Shown: piece after piece, positions 61,429 through 64,000 of the stretch | How the letters are laid out: the number at the start of each line of letters is the position of its first letter | Numbering within the stretch: the stretch's first letter is position 1 | Assembly (NCBI GenBank): GCA_963713125.1 | Contig: CAVQKL010000012.1 | Location: forward strand, 65,628 to 129,627 | Direction: 5' to 3' | DNA length: 64,000 bases | Source: an uncultured beta proteobacterium | GTDB lineage: Bacteria > Pseudomonadota > Gammaproteobacteria > Burkholderiales > Casimicrobiaceae | Position numbers and translations under genes: made by a program | The notes under the pieces: model-generated | What the model was told of the DNA's origin: nothing | Databases searched by the model: none | What the model saw: only the letters and a program-made list of their open reading frames with translations

Positions 61429-62132
61429 GATTGTCCGTACGAAGCATGGCACCGACGCTGGCGCTGGCTTGTGCGCTGCTTGCGGGCTGCGCGGCGGCGC
61501 CGTCGCGCGTCGACCCGTTCGAACCGTGGAACCGGGCGATGTACTCGGTCCACGAGGTGGTCGACGGCAACGTGATCAAGCCGATCGCCGAGGCCTACGT
61601 CAAGACGACCCCGGAGCCGGTGCGCACCGGCGTGTCGAACTTCTTCGGCAACATCGACGATTTTTTCACCGGCATCAACAACGCTTGCAGGGCAAGAAAG
61701 AGCGCGCCGGCGACGATTTCGGCCGCGTGCTGCTCAATTCGACGTTCGGTATCGTCGGCATCTTCGACCTGGCGTCGATGATGGGCATCGCCAAGGACAA
61801 GCAATGACTTCGGCATCACGTTCGGCAAGTGGGGCGCGCCGCAGGGCCCGTATCTGTTCATTCCGCTGTTCGGGCCGACGACCGTGCGCGACGGCACCGG
61901 CTGGCTGGTGCGCCTCTACACCGGCCCGATCGGCTACATGCCGAACGTTCCGTTGCGCAATTCGCTCTACGGGCTCGGCTATCTCGACACCAGGGCTCAG
62001 TTGCTGGGCGCCGAAAGCGTGCTCGACACCGCGGCGCTCGACAAGTATCGCTACCTGCGCAACGCGTATCTGAGGGCGCGGCGCTACCAGGTCTACGACG
62101 GCAAGCCGCCGCCGGAAGAAGAGGACGAATGA
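61425..62132 (+). CDS. mlaA: Outer-membrane lipoprotein MlaA (VacJ), frame-disrupted
   Basis: [86 protein letters not shown]...RVLLNSTFGIVGIFDLASMMGIAKDK..DFGITFGKWGAPQGPYLFIPLFGPTTVRDGTGWLVRLYTGPIGYMPNVPLRNSLYGLGYLDTRAQLLGAESVLDTAALDKYRYLRNAYLRARRYQVYDG. Confidence 0.85.
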
Positions 62133-62220
62133 CGCGGGCAGGCGCACGGCATTGACATTGCTACGGAACCGGTTGCCGCGCGTGGTGCCGCGCTGCACGA
62201 CCATATTCATGAGGTTCACG

Positions 62221-62838
62221 ATGATCGACCGATGGATATCGGTATTTTTCGCCGCGTCGCTGGCGCTGACCGCGGTGCACGCCCAGGCGCAGGAAGCGCC
62301 CGACGCGCTGGTCAAGCGCGTCGCCGAAGACGTGCTGCAGACGATACGCGGCGACAAGGACCTGCAGGCCGGCAACCAGGCCAAGGTCAAGCAGATTGAT
62401 CGAGACCAAGCTCGCGCCGCATTTCGACTTCACCCGCATGACGGCGCTGGCGATGGGGCGCAACTGGCGCAGCGCGACGCCGGAGCAGCAGAAAGCGCCT
62501 GACCGACGAATTCCGCACGCTGCTGGTGCGCACCTACTCGGGAGCGTTGTCCAACTATCGCGACAACACGATGGACTACGCGCCGCTGCGGATGAACGCC
62601 GGCGACACCGAGGTGACCGTGCGCACGTCGGTGCGGCGGCCCGGCCAGGCGCCGGTGCAGATCGACTACAGCATGGCCAAGACCCCGGACGGCTGGAAGG
62701 CCTACGACGTCATCGTCGCCGGCGTGAGCCTGGTGACCAACTATCGCGACGAATTCAACGATGCGGTGAAGAGCTCCGGCGTCGACGGCCTGATCAAGAC
62801 GCTGGCCGACAAGAACAAGGGGCCGGCGCCGAAGTGAC
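62221..62838 (+). CDS. mlaC: Periplasmic phospholipid-binding protein MlaC (toluene tolerance Ttg2D), frame-disrupted
   Basis: MIDRWISVFFAASLALTAVHAQAQEAPDALVKRVAEDVLQTIRGDKDLQAGNQAKVKQ...ETKLAPHFDFTRMTALAMGRNWRSATPEQQKAL...LVRTYSGALSNYRDNTMDYAPLRMNAGDTEVTVRTSVRRPGQAPVQIDYSMAKTPDGWKAYDVIVAGVSLVTNYRDEFN. Confidence 0.85.
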
Positions 62839-62859
62839 GCGCGCGCGCAGCCCGCGGCG

Positions 62860-63170
62860 CCGGTGGACCGGTCGCGCAGGTGCTGCGCGCCGACGACGGC
62901 CGCTGGGTGGTCGCCGGTCCGCTGACGATCAACAACGTCGCCCGCGTGCTGGCGGCAAGCGTCGACCTGCCGCTGCCGGAGACCGGGACGGTCGACCTCA
63001 AGGACGTCGATCCGGTCGATTCGGCCGGCGTGGCCATATTGCTCGAATGGAAGCGCCGGGCCGCCGCCGAAGGCAGGTCGCTGGCGTTCGAGAACGTGCC
63101 GCCGAGCATGGCCTCGCTCGCCGAGCTGTACGGCGTCGACGTGCTCCTCTCCCGCCTGAACGCCTTGGCC
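62860..63170 (+). CDS. mlaB: STAS-domain protein MlaB-like, boundaries uncertain
   Basis: ...RADDGRWVVAGPLTINNVARVLAASVDLPLPETGTVDLKDVDPVDSAGVAILLEWKRRAAAEGRSLAFENVPPSMASLAELYGVDVLL. Position directly after mlaC. Confidence 0.6.
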
Positions 63171-63278
63171 CGGATGACTGCGCGATCGTGCTCGTCCGGG
63201 CGCGTGCGCGCTTCCGGCGCGCACGGCGCGGCGTTGCCGCCGGGTACGGCCGCCGGGGCCGGCATCGGGTGGAGCGCA

Positions 63279-64000
<722 letters not shown>

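Overview
This is a 64-kb, roughly 70% GC chromosomal window with gene content and local synteny typical of Burkholderiales (betaproteobacteria). It is almost entirely conserved housekeeping genes. No CRISPR arrays, transposases or integrases were found, and no block stands out as compositionally foreign.

Gene content, left to right:
- uspA (partial), holA, lptE and leuS.
- A UPF0016/GDT1 membrane protein.
- dsbD.
- A HlyD–ABC–ABC-2 exporter, with a small class III cyclase/YHS gene wedged inside it.
- A cupin, then a sulfonate/nitrate-type ABC importer (permease, binding protein, ATPase).
- A small enzyme cluster: epimerase, EthD-like protein, hydratase and SDR.
- hslU alone, then sodC and fabI.
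- A phytoene-desaturase-like FAD oxidoreductase.
- rnpB (RNase P RNA), then pyrC and dksA.
- A HemJ/PuuD-like membrane protein with a coupled 31-aa ORF that is not in the ORF track.
- sodB, a tandem-STAS protein, then hslV alone.
- A ubiH-family monooxygenase and dsbC.
- A three-gene SPFH(HTH) / DUF4019 / double-zinc-ribbon membrane protein cluster.
- An SDR, a GNAT acetyltransferase, fpr, pepN and an FKBP.
- A large PilZ-domain protein.
- tolQRA (no tolB-pal follows), ruvCAB with a HAD hydrolase inserted, and yebC.
- A LON-domain protein, ubiX, and the conserved rapZ–hprK–ptsN–hpf–rpoN–lptBAC–kdsCD block.
- A CPA2 K+/H+ antiporter, mlaFEDACB, and the start of a yadG-like ABC ATPase.

The dominant feature is that most recognisable genes, including essential ones (leuS, holA, lptE, rpoN, lptB, kdsD), are split across two or more reading frames. 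The rate is about one frame disruption per kb. I read this as consensus indel error rather than biology, but it needs checking. The operon-level anomalies are uncoupled hslV/hslU, tolQRA without tolB-pal, and the cyclase inside the HlyD–ABC operon.

The best candidates for uncharacterised biology are the SPFH/DUF4019/zinc-ribbon module, the cyclase-YHS gene, and the tandem-STAS protein next to hslV. All calls are from reading the translations. No database searches were run, and coordinates of frame-disrupted genes are approximate (±30 bp).
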